Assembly (NCBI GenBank): GCA_051313645.2
Contig: JBNRSN020000358.1
Span: 310,001-374,000, forward strand
Origin: Centroscyllium fabricii
Taxonomy: Eukaryota
Reading direction: 5' to 3'
DNA: 64,000 bases
Shown here: positions 18,901 to 31,400 of the stretch, piece by piece
Position numbering within the stretch: position 1 is the stretch's first letter
How the letters are laid out: each line of letters opens with the position of its first letter
Notes under the pieces: generated by a model
Told to the model about the DNA's origin: nothing
The model's input: the letters and a program-made list of their open reading frames with translations, nothing else
The model's database searches: none
Translations under genes and position numbers: made by a program

Positions 18901-21900
18901 TCTTTTCTCTCGCTTTTCTCTCTCTCTTTTCTCTCGCTCTTTTCTCATGCTCCACTCTCTCTTTTCTCTCGCTCTTTTCTCTCGCTCTTTTCTCATGCTC
19001 CACTCTCTCTTTTCTCTCTCTCTTTTCTCTCGCTCTTTTCTCTCGCTCTTTTCTCTCGCTCTTTTCTCTCGCTCGTTTCTTTCGCTCTTTTCTCTCTCTC
19101 TTTTCTCTCGCTCTTTTCTCTCGCTCTTTGCTCTCTCTTTCCTCTCGCTCTTTTCTCTCGCTCTTTTCTCTCTCTCTTTCCTCTCGCTCTTTTCTCCCGC
19201 TCTTTTCTCTCGCTCTTTTCTCTCGCTCTTTTCTCTCGCTCTTTTCTCTCGCTGTTTCTCACTCTTTTCTCTCGCTCTTTTCTCTTGCTCTTTTCTCTCG
19301 CTCCACTCTCGCTCTTTCCTGTCGCTCTTTAACCTCGCTCTTTTCTCTCGCTCCACTCTCGCTTTCCTGTCGCTCTTTTCTCTCTCTTTTCTCCCTCTCT
19401 TTTCTCTCGCTCTTTTCTCTCGCACTTTTCTCTCTTTTCTCTCTCTCTTTTCTCTCGCTCTTTTCTCTCGCTCTTTTCTCTCGCTCTTTTCTCTCGCTCT
19501 TTTCTCTCACTTTTTTCTCTCTCTCTTTTCTCTCGCTCTTTTCTCTCGCTCCACTCTCGCTCTTTTCTCTCGCTCTTTTCTCTCGCCCTTTTCACTCGCT
19601 CTTTTCTCTCGCTCTTTTCTCTCGCTCTTTTCTCTCGCTCTTTTCTCGTGCTCCACTCTCGCTCTTTTCTCTCGCTCCGCTCTCGCTCTTTTTCTTTTCT
19701 CTCGTTGCTCCACACTCTTTTCCCTCGCTCTTTTCTCTCGCTCTTTTCTCTCACTCTTTTCTCTCGCTCTTTTCCCTCGCTCTTTTCCCTCGCTCTTTTC
19801 TCTCGCTCCACTCTCGCTCTTTTCTCTCGCTCCGCTCTCGCTCTTTTTCTTTTCTCTCGTTGCTCCACACTCTTTTCCCTCGCTCTTTTCTCTCGCTCTT
19901 TTCCCTCGCTCTTTTCTCTCGCTCTTTTCTCTCGCTCTTTTCCCTCGCTCTTTTCTCTCGCTCTTTTCTCTCGCTCCACTGTCGCTCTTTTCTCTCGCTG
20001 TTCTCGCTCTCTTTTCTCTCGCTCTTTAATCTCGCTCTTTTCCCTCGCTCTTTTCTCTCGCTCTTTTCCCTCGCTCTTTTCTCTCGCTCTTTTCTCTCGC
20101 TCTTTTCTCTCGCTCCACTGTCGCTCTTTTCTCTCGCTGTGCTCGCTCTCTTTTCTCTCGCTCTTTAATCTCGCTCTTTTCCCTCGCTCTTTTCTCTCGC
20201 TCTTTTCCCTCGCTCTTTTCTCTCGCTCTTTTCTCTCGCTCCACTCTCGCTCTTTTCTCTCGCTCCGCTCTCACTCTTTTTCTTTTCTCTCGTTGCTCCA
20301 CCCTCTTTTCCCTCGCTCTTTTCTCGCTCTTTTCTCACGCTCTTTAATCTCGCTCTTTTATCTCGCTCTTTAATCTTACTCCGCTCTCGCTCTTTTCTCT
20401 CTTTTCTCTCGCTCTTTTCTCTCGCTCTTTTCTCTCGCTCTTTTCTCTCGCACTTTTCTCTCTTTTCTCTCGCTCTTTTCTCTCTCTCTTTTCTCTCGCT
20501 CATTTTTCTCGCTCTTTACTCTCGCTCTTTTCTCTCTCTCTTTTCTCTCTCTCTTATCTCTCGCTCTTTTCTCTCGCTCTTTTCTCTCTCTTTTCTCTTT
20601 TCTCTCTCTCTTTTCTCTCTCTCTTTTCTCTCGCTCATTTTTCTCGCTCTTTCCTCTCGCTCTTTCCTCTCGCTCTTTTCTCCCGCTCTTTTCTCTCGCT
20701 CTTTTCTCTCGCTCTTTTCTCTCGCTCGTTTCTTTCGCTCTTTTCTCTCTCTCTTTGCTCTCTCTTTCCTCTCGCTCTTTTCTCTCGCTCTTTTCTCTCT
20801 CTCTTTCCTCTCGCTCTTTCCTCCGGCTCTTTTCTCTCGCTCTTTTCTCTCGCTCTTTTCTCTCGCTCTTTCTCACTCTTTTCTCTCGCTCTTTTCTCTC
20901 GCTCTTTTCTCTCGCTCTTTTCTCTCCCTTTTCTCTCGCTCTTTTCTCTCGCTCTTTTCTCTCGCTCTTTTCTCTCGCTCTTTCCTCTCGCTCTTTTCTC
21001 TCGCTCTTTTCTCTCTCTCTTTCCTCTCGCTCTTTTCTCTCGCTCTTTTCTCTCGCTCTTTCCTCTCGCTCTTTTCTCTCGCTCTTTTCTCTCTCTCTTT
21101 CCTCTCGCTCTTTTCTCTCGCTCTTTTCTCTCGCTCTTTCTCGCTCTTTTCTCTCGCTCTTTTCTCTCGCTCTTTTCCCTCGCTCTTTTCTCTCGCTCTT
21201 TTCTCTCGCTCTTTTCTCTCGCTCCACTGTCGCTCTTTTCTCTCGCTGTTCTCGCTCTCTTTTCTCTCGCTCTTTAATCTCGCTCTTTTCCCTCGCTCTT
21301 TTCACTCGCTCTTTTCTCTCGCTCCACTCTCGCTCTTTTCCCTCGCTCTTTTCTCTCGCTCTTTTCCCTCGCTCTTTTCCCTCGCTCTTTTCCCTCGCTC
21401 TTTTCTCTCGCTCTTTTCTCTCACTCTTTTCTCTCGCTCTTTTCTCGCTCTTTTCTCTCGCTCTTTTCTCTCGCTCTTTTCTCTAGCTCCACTCTCACTC
21501 TTTTCTCTCGCTCTTTTCTCTCGCTCTTTTCTCTCGCTCATTTCTCTCGCTCATTTTTCTCGCTCTTTTCTCTCGCTCTTTTCTCTCGCTCTTTTCTCTC
21601 GCTCTTTTCTCTCGCTCATTTCTCTCGCTCTTTCCTCTCGCTCTTTCCTCTCGCTCCTTTCTCTCGCTCTTTTCTCTCGCTCATTTCTCTCGCTCTTTTC
21701 TCTCGCTCTTTTCTCTCGCTCTTTTCTCTCGCTCTTTTCTCTCGCTCTTTTCTCTCGCTCTTTTCTCACGCTCTTTTCTCACGCTCTTTTCTCTCGCTCC
21801 ACTCTCACTCTTTTCTCTCGCTCTTTAATCTCACTCTTTAATCTCACTCTTTTCTCTCGCTCTTCTCTCGCTCTTTCCTCTCGCTCGTCTCTCTCGCTCT

Positions 21901-24900
21901 TTACACTCACTCTTTCCTCTCGCTCTTTTCTCTCGCTCTTTCCTCTCGCTCTTTTCTCTCGCTCTTTTCTCTCGCTCTTTTCTCTCGCTCTTTCCTCTCG
22001 CTCGTCTCTCTCGCTCTTTTCTCTCGCTCTTTTCTCTCGCTCTTTTCTCTCGCTCTTTCCTCTCGCTCTTTTCTCTCGCTCTTTTCTCTCGCTCTTTTCT
22101 CTCGCTCGTCTCTCTCGCTCTTTACACTCACTCTTTCCTCTGGCTCTTTTCTCTCGCTCTTTTCTCTCGCTCTTTTTTCTCTCTGCTCTCACTTTTCTCT
22201 CTTTTCTCTCGCTCTTTTCTCTCTCTCTTTCCTCTCGCTCTTTTCTCTCGCTCTTTTCTCTCGCTCTTTTTTCTCTCTCTTTTCTCTCTTTTCTCGCTCT
22301 TTTCTCTCGCTCTTTTCGCTCGCTCTTTTCTCTCGCTCTTTTCTCTCGCTCTTTTCTCTCGCTTTTCTCTCTCTCTTTTCTCTCGCTCTTTTCTCTCGCT
22401 TTTCTCTCTCTCTTTTCTCTCGCTCTTTTCTCATGCTCCACTCTCTCTTTTCTCTCGCTCTTTTCTCATGCTCCACTCTCTCTTTTCTCTCTCTCTTTTC
22501 TCTCGCTCTTTTCTCTCGCTCTTTTCTCTCGCTCTTTTCTCTCGCTCGTTTCTTTCGCTCTTTTCTCTCTCTCTTTTCTCTCGCTCTTTTCTCTCGCTCT
22601 TTGCTCTCTCTTTCCTCTCGCTCTTTTCTCTCGCTCTTTTCTCTCTCTCTTTCCTCTCGCTCTTTTCTCCCGCTCTTTTCTCTCGCTCTTTTCTCTCGCT
22701 CTTTTCTCTCGCTCTTTTCTCTCGCTCTTTTCTCTCGCTGTTTCTCACTCTTTTCTCTCGCTCTTTTCTCTTGCTCTTTTCTCTCGCTCCACTCTCGCTC
22801 TTTCCTGTCGCTCTTTAACCTCGCTCTTTTCTCTCGCTCCACTCTCGCTTTCCTGTCGCTCTTTTCTCTCTCTTTTCTCCCTCTCTTTTCTCTCGCTCTT
22901 TTCTCTCGCACTTTTCTCTCTTTTCTCTCTCTCTTTTCTCTCGCTCTTTTCTCTCGCTCTTTTCTCTCGCTCTTTTCTCTCTCTCTTTTCTCTCGCTCTT
23001 TTCTCTCGCTCCACTCTCGCTCTTTTCTCTCGCTCTTTTCTCTCGCCCTTTTCACTCGCTCTTTTCACTCGCTCTTTTCTCTCGCTCTTTTCTCTCGCTC
23101 TTTTCTCTCGCTCTTTTCTCGTGCTCCACTCTCGCTCTTTTCTCTCGCTCCGCTCTCGCTCTTTTTCTTTTCTCTCGTTGCTCCACACTCTTTTCCCTCG
23201 CTCTTTTCTCTCGCTCTTTTCTCTCACTCTTTTCTCTCGCTCTTTTCCCTCGCTCTTTTCTCTCGCTCCACTCTCGCTCTTTTCTCTCGCTCCGCTCTCG
23301 CTCTTTTTCTTTTCTCTCGTTGCTCCACACTCTTTTCCCTCGCTCTTTTCTCTCGCTCTTTTCCCTCGCTCTTTTCTCTCGCTCTTTTCTCTCGCTCTTT
23401 TCCCTCGCTCTTTTCTCTCGCTCTTTTCTCTCGCTCCACTGTCGCTCTTTTCTCTCGCTGTTCTCGCTCTCTTTTCTCTCGCTCTTTAATCTCGCTCTTT
23501 TCCCTCGCTCTTTTCTCTCGCTCTTTTCCCTCGCTCTTTTCTCTCGCTCTTTTCTCTCGCTCTTTTCTCTCGCTCCACTGTCGCTCTTTTCTCTCGCTGT
23601 GCTCGCTCTCTTTTCTCTCGCTCTTTAATCTCGCTCTTTTCCCTCGCTCTTTTCTCTCGCTCTTTTCCCTCGCTCTTTTCTCTCGCTCTTTTCTCTCGCT
23701 CCACTCTCGCTCTTTTCTCTCGCTCCGCTCTCACTCTTTTTCTTTTCTCTCGTTGCTCCACCCTCTTTTCCCTCGCTCTTTTCTCGCTCTTTTCTCACGC
23801 TCTTTAATCTCGCTCTTTTATCTCGCTCTTTAATCTTACTCCGCTCTCGCTCTTTTCTCTCTTTTCTCTCGCTCTTTTCTCTCGCTCTTTTCTCTCGCTC
23901 TTTTCTCTCGCTCTTTTCTCTCGCTCTTTTCTCTCGCACTTTTCTCTCTTTTCTCTCGCTCTTTTCTCTCTCTCTTTTCTCTCGCTCATTTTTCTCGCTC
24001 TTTACTCTCGCTCTTTTCTCTCTCTCTTTTCTCTCTCTCTTATCTCTCGCTCTTTTCTCTCGCTCTTTTCTCTCTCTTTTCTCTTTTCTCTCTCTCTTTT
24101 CTCTCTCTCTTTTCTCTCGCTCATTTTTCTCGCTCTTTCCTCTCGCTCTTTCCTCTCGCTCTTTTCTCCCGCTCTTTTCTCTCGCTCTTTTCTCTCGCTC
24201 TTTTCTCTCGCTCGTTTCTTTCGCTCTTTTCTCTCTCTCTTTGCTCTCTCTTTCCTCTCGCTCTTTTCTCTCGCTCTTTTCTCTCTCTCTTTCCTCTCGC
24301 TCTTTCCTCCGGCTCTTTTCTCTCGCTCTTTTCTCTCGCTCTTTTCTCTCGCTCTTTCTCACTCTTTTCTCTCGCTCTTTTCTCTCGCTCTTTTCTCTCG
24401 CTCTTTTCTCTCCCTTTTCTCTCGCTCTTTTCTCTCGCTCTTTTCTCTCGCTCTTTTCTCTCGCTCTTTCCTCTCGCTCTTTTCTCTCGCTCTTTTCTCT
24501 CTCTCTTTCCTCTCGCTCTTTTCTCTCGCTCTTTTCTCTCGCTCTTTCCTCTCGCTCTTTTCTCTCGCTCTTTTCTCTCTCTCTTTCCTCTCGCTCTTTT
24601 CTCTCGCTCTTTTCTCTCGCTCTTTCTCGCTCTTTTCTCTCGCTCTTTTCTCTCGCTCCACTCTCGCTCTTTCCTCTCGCTCTTTAACCTCGCTCTTTTC
24701 TCTCGCACTTTTCTCTCGCTCTTTTCACTCGCTCTTTTCTCTCGCTCCACTCTCGCTCTTTTCTCTCGCTCTATTATCTCGCTCTTTTCTCTCGCCCTTT
24801 TCACTCGCTCTTTTCTCTCGCTCCACTCTCGCTCTTTTCTCTCGCTCTTTTCTCTCGCTCTTTTCTCTCGCTCTTTTCTCTCGCTCTTTTCACTCGCTCT

Positions 24901-25410
24901 TTTCTCTCGCTCCACTCTCGCTCTTTTCTCTCGCTCTATTATCTCGCTCTTTTCTCTCGCTCTTTTCTCTCGCTCTTTTCTCGTGCTCCACTCTCGCTCT
25001 TTTCTCTCGCTCTTCTCTCGCTCTTTTTCTTTTCTCTCGTTGCTCCACACTCCTTTCCCTCGCTCTTTTCTCTCGCTCTTTTCTCACGCTCTTTTCTCTC
25101 GCTCTTTTCCCTCGCTCTTTTCTCTCGCTCTTTTCTCTCGCTCTTTTCCCTCGCTCTTTTCTCTCGCTCTTTTCTCTCGCTCTTTTCTCTCGCTCCACTG
25201 TCGCTCTTTTCTCTCGCTGTTCTCGCTCTCTTTTCTCTCGCTCTTTAATCTCGCTCTTTTCCCTCGCTCTTTTCACTCGCTCTTTTCTCTCGCTCCACTC
25301 TCGCTCTTTTCTCTCGCTCTTTTCTCTCGCTCTTTTCCCTCGCTCTTTTCACTCGCTCTTTTCTCTCGCTCCACTCTCGCTCTTTTCTCTCGCTCTTTTC
25401 TCTCGCTCTT
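6990..25410. repeat. ~18.5-kb higher-order block, copy 1 (boundaries approximate)
   Basis: Matching variant-defined ORF pairs: 8096/26531, 8592/27027, 10838/29208, 13251/31634, 14607/33090, 17558/36080, 20755/39301, 22433/40979, 24241/42774. Confidence 0.9.
17700..24630. repeat. ~3.45-kb tandem duplication within the satellite (junction ~21,160)
   Basis: Landmark pairs: CCACTGTCG ~17797/21224, CTAGCTCC ~18044/21484, ORFs 20026/23486 and 20755/24241. Confidence 0.82.
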
Positions 25411-28400
25411 TTCTCCCGCTCTTTTCTCTCGCTCTTTTCTCTCGCTCTTTTCTCTCGCTCTTTTCTCTCGCTCTTTTCTCTCGCTCTTTTCTCTCGCTCT
25501 TTTCTCTCGCTCTTTTCTCTCGCTCTTTCTCACTCTTTTCTCTCGCTCTTTTCTCTCGCTCTTTTCTCTCGCTCTTTTCTCTCGCTCCACTCTCGCTCTT
25601 TCCTCTCGCTCTTTAACCTCGCTCTTTTCTCTCGCTCTTTTCTCTCGCTCTTTTCACTCGCTCTTTTCTCTCGCTCCACTCTCGCTCTTTTCTCTCGCTC
25701 TATTATCTCGCTCTTTTCTCTCGCCCTTTTCACTCGCTCTTTTCACTCGCTCTTTTCTCTCGCTCTTTTCTCTCGCTCTTTTCTCTCGCTCTTTTCTCGT
25801 GCTCCACTCTCGCTCTTTTCCCTCGCTCCGCTCTCGCTCTTTTTCTTTTCTCTCGCTCTTTTCTCTCGCTCTTTTCTCTCGCTCTTTTCTCTCGCTCTTT
25901 CTCACTCTTTTCTCTCGCTCTTTTCTCTCGCTCTTTTCTCTCGCTCTTTTCTCTCGCTCCACTCTCGCTCTTTCCTCTCGCTCTTTAACCTCGCTCTTTT
26001 CTCTCGCTCTTTTCTCTCGCTCTTTTCACTCGCTCTTTTCTCTCGCTCCACTCTCGCTCTTTTCTCTCGCTCTATTATCTCGCTCTTTTCTCTCGCCCTT
26101 TTCACTCGCTCTTTTCACTCGCTCTTTTCTCTCGCTCTTTTCTCTCGCTCTTTTCTCTCGCTCTTTTCTCGTGCTCCACTCTCGCTCTTTTCCCTCGCTC
26201 CGCTCTCGCTCTTTTTCTTTTCTCTCGCTCTTTTCACTCGCTCTTTTCTCTCGCTCCACTCTCGCTCTTTTCTCTCGCTCTATTATCTCGCTATTTTCTC
26301 TCGCCCTTTTCACTCGCCCTTTTCACTCGCCCTTTTCTCTCGCTCTTTTCTCTCGCTCTTTTCTCTCTCTTATCCCTCGCTCTTTTCTCTCGCTCTTTTC
26401 TCTCGCTCTTTTCTCTCGCTCTTTTCTCTTGCTCTTTTCTCACGCTCTTTTCTCACGCTCTTTTCTCTCGCTCTTTTCTCTCGCTCCACTCTCACTCTTT
26501 TCTCTCGCTCTTTAATCTCACTCTTTAATCTCACTCTTTTCTCTCGCTCTTTCCTCTCGCTCGTCTCTCTCGCTCTTTACACTCACTCTTTCCTCTCGCT
26601 CTTTTCTCTCGCTCTTTTCTCTCGCTCTTTCCTCTCGCTCGTCTCTCTCGCTCTTTACACTCGCTCTTTCCTCTCGCTCTTTTCTCTCGCTCTTTTCTCT
26701 CGCTCTTTCCTCTCGCTCTTTTCTCTCGCTCTTTTCTCTCGCTCTTTCCTCTCGCTCTTTCCTCTCTCTCTTTTCTCTCGCTCTTTTCTCTCGCTCTTTC
26801 CTCTCGCTCGTCTCTCTCGCTCTTTACACTCGCTCTTTCCTCTCGCTCTTTTCTCTCGCTCTTTTCTCTCGCTCTTTCCTCTCGCTCTTTCCTCTCGCTC
26901 TTTTCTCTCGCTCTTTTCTCTCGCTCTTTCCTCTCTCTTTTCTCTCGCTCTTTTCTCTCCCTCTTTTCTCTCGCTCTTTCCTCTCGCTCTTTTCTCTCGC
27001 TCCGCTCTCGCTCTTTTTCTTTTCTCTTGCTCTTTCCTCTCGCTCGTCTCTCTCGCTCTTTACACTCACTCTTTCCTCTCGCTCTTTTCTCTCGCTCTTT
27101 TCTCTCGCTCTTTCCTCTCGCTCTTTTCTCTCGCTCTTTTCTCTCGCTCTTTCCTCTCTCTCTTTTCTCTCGCTCTTTTCTCTCCCTCTTTTCTCTCGCT
27201 CTTTCCTCTCGCTCTTTTCTCTCGCTCCGCTCTCGCTCTTTTTCTTTTCTCTTGCTCTTTCCTCTCGCTCGTCTCTCTCGCTCTTCACACTCACTCTTTT
27301 CTCTCGCTCTTTTCTCTCGCTCCACTCTCACTCTTTTCTCTCGCTCTTTCCTCTCGCTCGTCTCTCTCGCTCTTTACACTCACTCTTTCCTCTCGCTCTT
27401 TTCTCTCGCTCTTTTCTCTCGCTCTTTCCTCTCGCTCGTCTCTCTCGCTCTTTACACTCACTCTTTCCTCTCGCTCTTTTCTCTCGTTCTTTCCTCTCGC
27501 TCGTCTCTCTCGCTCTATACACTCACTCTTTCCTCTCGCTCTTTTCTCTCGCTCTTTTCTCTCGCTCGTCTCTCTCGCTCTTTACACTCACTCTTTCCTC
27601 TCGCTCTTTTCTCTCGCTCTTTTCTCTCGCTCTTTCCTCTCGCTCGTCTCTCTCGCTCTTTTCTCTCGCTCTTTCCTCTCGCTCTTTTCTCTCGCTCTTT
27701 TCTCTCGCTCTTTCCTCTCGCTCTTTTCTCTCGCTCTTTCCTCTCGCTCTTTTCTCTCGCTCTTTTCTCTCGCTCTTTTCTCTCGCTCTTTTCTCTCGCT
27801 CTTTCCTCTCCCTCTTTTCTCTCGCTCTTTTCTCTCGTTCTTTTCTCTCGCTCTTTACACTCACTCTTTCCTCTCGCTCTTTTCTCTCGCTCTTTTCTCT
27901 CGCTCTTTTTTCTCTCTGCTCTAACTTTTCTCTCGCTCTTTTCTCTCGCTCTTTTTTCTCTCTGCTCTAACTTTTCTCTCGCTCTTTTCTCTCGCTCTTT
28001 TCTCTCGCTCTTTCCTCTCGCTCGTCTCTCTCGCTCTTTTCTCCCTCTCTTTTCCCTCGCTCTTTTCTCGCTCTTTTCTCTCGCTCTTTTCTCTCGCTCT
28101 TTTCTCTCACTCTTTCCTCTCGCTCTTTTCTCTCTCTTATCCCTCGCTCTTTACTCTCGCTCTTTCCTCTCGCTCTTTTCTCTCTCTTATCCCTCGCTCT
28201 TTTCTCTCGCTCTTTTCTCTCTCTTATCCCTCGCTCTTTCCTCTCGCTCTTTTCTCTCGCTCTTTTCTCTCGCTCTTTTCTCTCTCTCTTTTCTCTCGCT
28301 CTTTTCTCGCTCTTTTCTCTCTCTCTTTCCTCTCGCTCTTTTCTCTCGCTCCACTCTCGCTCTTTTCCCTCGCTCCGCTCTCGCTCTTTTCTCTCGCTCC

Positions 28401-31400
28401 ACTCTCACCCTTTTCTCTCTCTCTTTTCTCTCTCTCTTTTCTCTCGCTCTTTTCTCTCGCTCATTTCTCTCGCTCTTTTCTCTCGCTCTTTTCTCTCGCT
28501 CTTTTCTCTCTCTTATCCCTCGCTCTTTTCTCTCGCTCTTTTCTCTCGCTCTTTTCTCACGCTCTTTTCTCACGCTCTTTTCTCACGCTCTTTTCTCTCG
28601 CTCTTTTCTCTCGCTCCACTCTCACTCTTTTCTCTCGCTCTTTAATCTCACTCTTTAATCTCACTCTTTTCTCTCGCTCTTTTCTCTCGCTCTTTCCTCT
28701 CGCTCGTCTCTCTCGCTCTTTACACTCACTCTTTCCTCTCGCTCTTTTCTCTCGCTCTTTTCTCTCGCTCTTTCCTCTCGCTCTTTTCTCTCGCTCTTTT
28801 CTCTCGCTCTTTCCTCTCGCTCGTCTCTCTCGCTCTTTCCTCTCGCTCTTTTCTCTCGCTCTTTTCTCTCGCTCTTTCCTCTCGCTCGTCTCTCTCGCTC
28901 TTTTCTCTCGCTCTTTTCTCTCGCTCTTTCCTCTCGCTCTTTCCTCTCGCTCTTTTCTCTCGCTCTTTCCTCTCGCTCTTTTCTCTCGCTCTTTTTTCTC
29001 TCTGCTCTCACTTTTCTCTCGCTCGTCTCTCTCGCTGTTTTCTCTCGCTCTTTTCTCTCGCTCTTTTCACTCACTCTTTTCTCTCGCTCTTTTTTCTCTC
29101 TCTTTTCTCTCTTTTCTCGCTCTTTTCTCTCGCTCTTTTCTCTCTCTCTTTTCTCTCGCTCTTTTCTCTCGCTCTTCTCTCTCTCTCTTTTCTCTCGCTC
29201 TTTTCTCTTGCTCTTTTCTCTCGCTCTTTTCTCGTGCTCCACTCTCTCTTTTCTCTCGCTCTTTTCTCTCGCTCTTTTCTCTCGCTCTTTTCTCTCGTTC
29301 TTTTCTCTCGCTCTTTTCTCTCGCTCTTTTCTCTCCCTTTTCTCTCGCTCTTTTCTCTCGCTCGTTTCTTTCGCTCTTTTCTCTCTCTCTTTTCTCTCGC
29401 TCTTTTCTCTCGCTCTTTGCTCTCTCTTTCCTCTCGCTCTTTTCTCTCTCTCTTTCCTCTCGCTCTTTTCTCCCGCTCTTTTCTCTCGCTCTTTTCTCTC
29501 GCTCTTTTCTCTCGCTCTTTCCTCTCGCTCGTCTCTCTCGCTCTTTACACTCACTCTTTCCTCTCGCTCTTTTCTCTCGCTCTTTTCTCTCGCTCTTTTC
29601 TCTCGCTCTTTTTTCTCTCTGCTCTCACTTTTCTCTCGCTCGTCTCTCTCGCTCTTTTCTCTCGCTCTTTTCTCTCGCTCTTTTCTCGCTCTTTTCACTC
29701 ACTCTTTTCTCTCGCTCTTTTTTCTCTCTCTTTTCTCTCTTTTCTCGCTCTTTTCTCTCGCTCTTTTCTCTCGCTCTTTTCTCTCGCTTTTCTCTCTCTC
29801 TTTTCTCTCGCTCTTTTCTCTCGCTCTTTTCTCGTGCTCCACTCTCTCTTTTCTCTCGCTCTTTTCTCTCGCTCTTTTCTCTCCCTTTTCTCTCGCTCTT
29901 TTCTCTCGCTCGTTTCTTTCGCTCTTTTCTCTCGCTCTTTTCTCTCGCTCTTTTCTCTCGCTCTTTGCTCTCTCTTTCCTCTCGCTCTTTTCTCTCGCTC
30001 TTTTCTCTCTCTCTTTCCTCTCGCTCTTTTCTCCCGCTCTTTTCTCTCGCTCTTTTCTCTCGCTCTTTTCTCCCGCTCTTTTCTCTCGCTCTTTTCTCTC
30101 GCTCTTTTCTCTCGCTCTTTTCTCTCGCTCTTTCTCACTCTTTTCTCTCGCTCTTTTCTCTCGCTCTTTTCTCTCGCTCCACTCTCGCTCTTTCCTCTCG
30201 CTCTTTAACCTCGCTCTTTTCTCTCGCTCTTTTCTCTCGCTCTTTTCACTCGCTCTTTTCTCTCGCTCCACTCTCGCTCTTTTCTCTCGCTCTATTATCT
30301 CGCTCTTTTCTCTCGCCCTTTTCACTCGCTCTTTTCACTCGCTCTTTTCTCTCGCTCTTTTCTCTCGCTCTTTTCTCTCGCTCTTTTCTCGTGCTCCACT
30401 CTCGCTCTTTTCCCTCGCTCCGCTCTCGCTCTTTTTCTTTTCTCTCGCTCTTTTCTCTCGCTCTTTTCTCTCGCTCTTTTCTCTCGCTCTTTCTCACTCT
30501 TTTCTCTCGCTCTTTTCTCTCGCTCTTTTCTCTCGCTCTTTTCTCTCGCTCCACTCTCGCTCTTTCCTCTCGCTCTTTAACCTCGCTCTTTTCTCTCGCT
30601 CTTTTCTCTCGCTCTTTTCACTCGCTCTTTTCTCTCGCTCCACTCTCGCTCTTTTCTCTCGCTCTATTATCTCGCTCTTTTCTCTCGCCCTTTTCACTCG
30701 CTCTTTTCACTCGCTCTTTTCTCTCGCTCTTTTCTCTCGCTCTTTTCTCTCGCTCTTTTCTCGTGCTCCACTCTCGCTCTTTTCCCTCGCTCCGCTCTCG
30801 CTCTTTTTCTTTTCTCTCGCTCTTTTCACTCGCTCTTTTCTCTCGCTCCACTCTCGCTCTTTTCTCTCGCTCTATTATCTCGCTCTTTTCTCTCGCCCTT
30901 TTCACTCGCTCTTTTCACTCGCCCTTTTCTCTCGCTCTTTTCTCTCGCTCTTTTCTCTCGCTCTTTTCTCTCTCTTATCCCTCGCTCTTTTCTCTCGCTC
31001 TTTTCTCTCGCTCTTTTCTCTCGCTCTTTTCTCTCGCTCTTTTCTCTTGCACTTTTCTCACGCTCTTTTCTCACGCTCTTTTCTCTCGCTCTTTTCTCTC
31101 GCTCCACTCTCACTCTTTTCTCTCGCTCTTTAATCTCACTCTTTAATCTCACTCTTTTCTCTCGCTCTTTTCTCTCGCTCTTTTCTCTCGCTCTTTCCTC
31201 TCGCTCGTCTCTCTCGCTCTTTACACTCACTCTTTCCTCTCGCTCTTTTCTCTCGCTCTTTTCTCTCGCTCTTTCCTCTCGCTCGTCTCTCTCGCTCTTT
31301 ACACTCGCTCTTTCCTCTCGCTCTTTTCTCTCGCTCTTTTCTCTCGCTCTTTCATCTCGCTCTTTTCTCTCGCTCTTTCCTCTCGCTCTTTCCTCTCTCT

